10,738 nucleotides of DNA from Candidatus Methylomirabilota bacterium (lineage in GTDB: Bacteria > Methylomirabilota > Methylomirabilia > Rokubacteriales > CSP1-6): the NCBI GenBank assembly GCA_046726415.1, contig JBKPAK010000247.1, positions 1 through 10,738 of the forward strand. The letters are read 5' to 3'. Positions 7,240 through 10,738 of this stretch are shown here, piece after piece (within the stretch, counting starts at the first letter, position 1; the number at the start of each line of letters is the position of its first letter). The notes beneath the pieces were generated by a model. That model made no database searches and was not told the origin of the DNA. It saw only the letters and a program-made list of their open reading frames with translations. Both the position numbers and the translations under genes were made by a program.

Positions 7240-7248
7240 ATCGTACCA
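7240..7248 (-). promoter_or_regulatory. Extended -10 element (TGgTACGAT) of the amidohydrolase gene
   Basis: The - strand reads TGG TACGAT about 50 nt upstream of ATG 7189, followed by an SD-containing leader. Confidence 0.55.
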
Positions 7249-7477
7249 GAGACTGCGCATCGGGCGGCGGACGCCGGGCTGCCTGTCGCCCCACCCGCGT
7301 GGCGACGACCCCACCGGCTCGGAGAGCGCGCATGATCGGGCACGCGAAGCTCCCCCATGAGTACTGCGTCGTAGCGCTGCGTTCGAGCGCGGGCTTGGCC
7401 CGCGCAACGGGTCCTCGAGGTCGCCGGCAAGATCGTCGCGCCCGGGCAATCCTCCGGTTCGGATCCGCTGGGGGGTC

Positions 7478-7509
7478 ATCGGGGGGAGCGGGGGTTCGCT
7501 CTCCCCGAT
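7478..7509. repeat. GC-rich inverted repeat (REP-like hairpin)
   Basis: ATCGGGGGGAGCG-ggggtt-CGCTCTCCCCGAT forms a 13-bp stem with one G-U pair. It is preceded by a G run and followed by a second stem, TCGGAGG...CCTCCGA (7515-7539). Confidence 0.6.
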
Positions 7510-7568
7510 TCCACTCGGAGGTGCTGGCACTGCCTCCGAAGCGAGACGCTGACTGCCGGCGGGCGGAG

Positions 7569-7577
7569 TGATACGCT
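7569..7577 (+). promoter_or_regulatory. Extended -10 element (TGaTACGCT) of the coiled-coil gene
   Basis: TGA TACGCT ends 5 nt before an in-frame TTG (7583) and 11 nt before the ATG (7589). Confidence 0.45.
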
Positions 7578-7588
7578 CGGGATTGAGC

Positions 7589-7993
7589 ATGACTGGTCCG
7601 GGTCGCCCCGAAGTGACGCTGAGCACTCTGCACGGGGACCTGACCGCTCTGCACGAGGACCTGACCGCTGGCTTCGGCGAGATGCAGACGGCGTTCGCAG
7701 ACCTCAAGACGACGCTGGTCGCGGGGTTCCGTAGCCTGCCGAGCCGCGAATCCGCCGACGAGATGGTCCGCCTGCTCCGGGAATCGAACCGACTGCAGGA
7801 GGAGCGCTTCACGCAGCTCGACATCCGCATCCGCGAGCAGCACCTCGAGGTCCTGCAGATCCTGCACGCCGTAGTCGAGGGTCAGCGGCAGCTGGTTGAG
7901 GGTCAGCGATCCCTGTCGGCTGATATCCGGGCTCTCATCGCCCGCATCGACGCCCTGATCAAGGGCCGACGCGACGGGGACTCCACCGCGTAG
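7589..7993 (+). CDS. Hypothetical heptad-repeat (coiled-coil) protein, about 134 aa
   Basis: GC-rich third positions and amphipathic heptads (LHGDLTA LHEDLTA; VEGQRQL VEGQRSL; IRALIARIDALI). The start could be 7568, 7583 or 7589. Confidence 0.8.
   Translation: MTGPGRPEVTLSTLHGDLTALHEDLTAGFGEMQTAFADLKTTLVAGFRSLPSRESADEMVRLLRESNRLQEERFTQLDIRIREQHLEVLQILHAVVEGQRQLVEGQRSLSADIRALIARIDALIKGRRDGDSTA
7628..7669 (+). repeat. 21-bp tandem duplication (one heptad)
   Basis: CTGCACGGGGACCTGACCGCT / CTGCACGAGGACCTGACCGCT, 20/21 identical. Confidence 0.9.
7874..7915 (+). repeat. Degenerate 21-bp tandem duplication (one heptad)
   Basis: GTCGAGGGTCAGCGGCAGCTG / GTTGAGGGTCAGCGATCCCTG. Confidence 0.8.
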
Positions 7994-8063
7994 CTGGCGC
8001 AGGTTGGCCGAGTGGCTGGCGTGATGCCTGCGACGTCGAGCTGTGAGAAACTCTGCCGTCAGG

Positions 8064-8444
8064 ATGAGCCTCGCGGGATTTCCGATTGCGCAGCAGATCA
8101 CCTTCCTCGACACGCCTGATCTCCGCCGGACTGCCGACTTCTACGAGCGGATCCTCGGTCTCCGCCTGGCGCGCGACCAGGGCAGCTGCCGCATCTATCA
8201 CGTGAGCGGTAACGCTTACCTCGGGTTCTGTGAGCGCGCCGACGTGCGCCCGACACCCGGCGGTCTGACGCTCACCTTGATCACCGATCACGTGGACGAG
8301 TGGTGCCAGCACCTCAGGACGCAGGGCGTGGAGTTCGTCAAGGAACCTGCCGACAACCCGCCGTACCGGATCTACAACGCCTTTGTCCGCGACCCCAACG
8401 GATACCTCGTCGAGATCCAGCGCTTCTGGGAGCCCTTGGCCTGA
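8064..8444 (+). CDS. VOC family protein (glyoxalase/bleomycin resistance/dioxygenase fold)
   Basis: 126 aa. DLRRTADFYERILGL and YNAFVRDPNGYLVEI are characteristic VOC motifs. An alternative GTG start lies at 8043. Confidence 0.92.
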   Translation: MSLAGFPIAQQITFLDTPDLRRTADFYERILGLRLARDQGSCRIYHVSGNAYLGFCERADVRPTPGGLTLTLITDHVDEWCQHLRTQGVEFVKEPADNPPYRIYNAFVRDPNGYLVEIQRFWEPLA

Positions 8445-8489
8445 GAACAGGGGGTCCCGACGGACTTCGTGAACCCACGTCCTCGCGTC

Positions 8490-8502
8490 TCAACCTGGTT
8501 GA
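8490..8502. promoter_or_regulatory. Palindrome TCAACC-T-GGTTGA, candidate operator upstream of the ABC operon
   Basis: Perfect 6-1-6 inverted repeat that overlaps a TTGACG (-35-like) hexamer at 8499-8504. Confidence 0.3.
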
Positions 8503-8669
8503 CGTCGAGCGGGTTTGACTCCATGGTTACTGCGCACGGGGAAGTCCAGCACCGTGCGCCCATCTCGAGATTGTCGCTGACCGCCCGACCAGACAGGCTG
8601 GGTTGACCACGAGCCCAGGGCGGCCACCGCCTGGAGGCCCAGAACATCGCGCCAACGGCAGACGCTCGA

Positions 8670-9425
8670 ATGAAACAATCGCCGTCCTCGAACGGGTGGC
8701 TCCTCGAGACGCGCGGGCTCACCAAGCGGTTCGGTGGCCTCGTGGCCGTCGACGGCCTTCCCCTGACTGTCCGTGACGGTGAGGTCCGAGGCCTCATCGG
8801 GCCCAACGGGTCGGGCAAGACGACGACGATCAATCTGCTCTCCGGTCTCTATCGGGCCGACGCTGGCGAGATTCGCCTGCGCGGCGATCGGATCGACCAC
8901 CTCCGCCCCCATCAGATCACCGCGCGCGGGGTGGCCCGCACCTTTCAGATCCCCAAGCTCTGGGGGAACATGACGGTGCTGGAGAACGTCCTGGTCCCGG
9001 CGCTGGCCGAGCACGACCGCGGCGCCGGCCGGCCGACCGCCGAGATCCTCGACCGGGCCCGGAGGCTCCTCGCGTTCGTGACCCTCGAGCGGCTGCGCCA
9101 CGGGCTGGCCAAGGAGCTGTCTGGGGGCCAGAGCATGCTGCTCCAGATCGCGCGGGGACTCATGGTGCACCCGATCCACCTCTTTCTGATGGACGAGCCC
9201 TTCGCCGGCGTGCACCCGACGATCAAGGACACCATCATGGAGACGATCCTCCGCATGAACCGCGAGGAAGGCGTCACTTTCCTCATCGTCTCCCACGAGA
9301 TGGGCACCCTGCGCCAGCTGTGTCCGCGGGTGTCGGTGATGCACGAGGGGCAACTCATCGCCGAGGGCTCGTTCGAGGAAGTCGCCAATCACGCTCTGGT
9401 CCTCGAGGCGTATCTGGGCGGCTGA
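8670..9425 (+). CDS. livG: Branched-chain amino acid-type (HAAT) ABC transporter ATP-binding protein, LivG-like
   Basis: LTKRFGGLVAVD, GLIGPNGSGKTT, GVARTFQ, LSGGQ, LMDEPFAGV, IVSHEM and C-terminal VLEAYLG. The symbol denotes the family, not a proven substrate. Confidence 0.93.
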   Translation: MKQSPSSNGWLLETRGLTKRFGGLVAVDGLPLTVRDGEVRGLIGPNGSGKTTTINLLSGLYRADAGEIRLRGDRIDHLRPHQITARGVARTFQIPKLWGNMTVLENVLVPALAEHDRGAGRPTAEILDRARRLLAFVTLERLRHGLAKELSGGQSMLLQIARGLMVHPIHLFLMDEPFAGVHPTIKDTIMETILRMNREEGVTFLIVSHEMGTLRQLCPRVSVMHEGQLIAEGSFEEVANHALVLEAYLGG

Positions 9426-10153
9426 TGGCGCCGGCGCTACTCGAGCTCGACGGTGTCGTCGCCGGCTACGTGGCCGAGATCGACATCCTGAACGGCATCA
9501 GGCTCAAGGTCGGGACGGGCTCGATCACGGGCGTCATCGGGCCGAACGGTGCCGGCAAGTCCACCCTGCTGAAAACGGTCTTCGGATTTCTCCACCCGCG
9601 GCGCGGGTGGATCGCGTTCGATGGTCGGGAAATCCAATTGGTAGCGCCCCACACGATCAAGCGGCTCGGCGTCGGCTATGTGCCCCAGGGCACGAACATC
9701 TTTCCCCAGCTCACCGTGCACGAGAACCTCCAGCTCGGCGCCTGGGTGTTCCGGCACGACGCGGCACGGCTGGCGGGGATGCTCGAGCGCGCCTACGCGT
9801 CCTTCCCGCGCCTGGCCGAGAAGCGGCGCCTGCGCGCGACGGCGCTTTCGGGTGGCGAGGCCAAGATGCTCTCCATCGCCAAGGAGATGGTGACCGACCC
9901 CCAGTTGCTGCTCGTGGACGAGCCCTCGGCCGGACTCTCGCCCAAGCTCTCGGAACAGGTCTACGGTCAGCTCCTGGCGGCGCGCGAGCAGGGCGTAACC
10001 ATCTTCCTCGTCGACCAGAACATCGCCAAGGCCGTGGAGATCTCCGACTATCTCTACATGCTCGAGATGGGGCAGGTGCGTCGCGAGGGGCCGCGCCAGG
10101 ACTTTGCCGACCAGCTCCGCGACCTCATCCGGGACTCCCTGCTCGGAGTCTGA
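9425..10153 (+). CDS. livF: HAAT ABC transporter ATP-binding protein, LivF-like
   Basis: ATG 9425 overlaps the livG stop (TGATG). Motifs GPNGAGKSTLLK, GYVPQG..IFPQLTVHENL, FPRLAEK, LSGGE, LLVDEPSAGLSP and LVDQN. Confidence 0.93.
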   Translation: MAPALLELDGVVAGYVAEIDILNGIRLKVGTGSITGVIGPNGAGKSTLLKTVFGFLHPRRGWIAFDGREIQLVAPHTIKRLGVGYVPQGTNIFPQLTVHENLQLGAWVFRHDAARLAGMLERAYASFPRLAEKRRLRATALSGGEAKMLSIAKEMVTDPQLLLVDEPSAGLSPKLSEQVYGQLLAAREQGVTIFLVDQNIAKAVEISDYLYMLEMGQVRREGPRQDFADQLRDLIRDSLLGV

Positions 10154-10156
10154 TCC

Positions 10157-10738
10157 CTGGCTGCCTTCGGCCGCCGCCTCGGCTGGTGCCTGCTGGCCTA
10201 CCTCGCGCTGGCCTGGCTGCCGTGGACGGTGTCCGAGTACCAGACCCATGTCCTGACCACCAGCCTCTACTACGTCGTCCTCGCCGTCGGCTGGAATCTT
10301 CTCGCCGGCTACACCGGGCAGTTCTCGCTCGCCCACCACACCTTCGCCGGCATCGGCGCGTACACGTCGGCCCTGCTCGTCCTGTATGCGAAGATGCCCA
10401 TCCTCGTGAGCATCGCCGCCGGCGTGGTGGTGGCGGCCGCGACGGGCTACGGCCTCGGCACCTTGTGCCTTCGGATGCGCGCGATCTACCTGGCCCTGGC
10501 CACCTGGGCCTTCGCGGAGTCGGTGCGCCTCTTCATCACCGTCGAGTACCAGATCACCCGCGGCGACCTGGGCCTGGCCACGCCGTTCCTGTTCGGCACG
10601 CCGCGCTCGATGGGCTACTACTACGTGTTCCTCGGCCTGGCCGTGGTCGCCGTGCTCGCCGCCTGGCAGCTCGTCCACTCGCGGGTGGGCATCTACATGC
10701 GCGCCATCCGCGACGACGAGGAAGCCGCCGCGGTCATG
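10157..10738 (+). CDS. livM: HAAT ABC transporter permease, LivM-like (3' end outside the window; probable CTG start)
   Basis: Manual translation: LAAFGRRLGWCLLAYLALAWLPW...YVVLAVGWNLLAGYTGQFSLAHHTFAGIGAY...LRMRAIYLALATWAFAE...HSRVGIYMRAIRDDEEAAAVM. These are typical LivM motifs. Confidence 0.92.
   Translation, partial: MAAFGRRLGWCLLAYLALAWLPWTVSEYQTHVLTTSLYYVVLAVGWNLLAGYTGQFSLAHHTFAGIGAYTSALLVLYAKMPILVSIAAGVVVAAATGYGLGTLCLRMRAIYLALATWAFAESVRLFITVEYQITRGDLGLATPFLFGTPRSMGYYYVFLGLAVVAVLAAWQLVHSRVGIYMRAIRDDEEAAAVM

Noticed and set aside
7628-7915. 21-bp repeats as a CRISPR array or DGR template/variable repeat pair
   Set aside because: The units are directly adjacent with no spacers, lie in frame within a CDS, and no cas or reverse transcriptase gene is present.
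7190-8113. 308-aa N-terminal extension of the amidohydrolase in the 723-aa ORF (apparent fusion protein)
   Set aside because: It is the antisense shadow of the coiled-coil gene plus intergenic hairpin DNA. The amidohydrolase has its own SD, ATG (7189) and extended -10.
9320-9424. Upstream extension of livF in the ORF track
   Set aside because: It overlaps the 3' end of livG. The TGATG coupling at 9423-9427 gives the natural start.
8372-10678. - strand ORFs of 153, 300, 147 and 413 aa
   Set aside because: These are typical antisense shadows of ABC transporter genes.

Overview
GC-rich bacterial window. The gene content resembles soil lineages such as Rokubacteria or Tectomicrobia, which is an inference only. 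It has two parts. (1) A probable accessory block on the - strand (about 545-4900) centred on a 1148-aa double-zinc-ribbon / class III nucleotidyl cyclase / STAND ATPase / TPR protein. Directly downstream of it are a CopG/RHH antitoxin-like gene (ATGA overlap), a stub of about 10 codons resembling a PIN toxin start, and a stand-alone double zinc ribbon that looks like the truncated 5' end of a second cyclase-STAND paralogue. (2) Catabolic and transport genes: an LLM-class flavin oxidoreductase (5' part only, with an apparent frameshift), a beta-hydroxyacid dehydrogenase, an Amidohydro_2 enzyme, a small coiled-coil protein with 21-bp tandem duplications, a VOC protein and the start of a LivG-LivF-LivM-type ABC operon whose permease appears to begin with CTG. 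Several genes have (extended) -10 hexamers, two of them in leaderless geometry. No rRNA, tRNA, CRISPR array or transposase was recognised.
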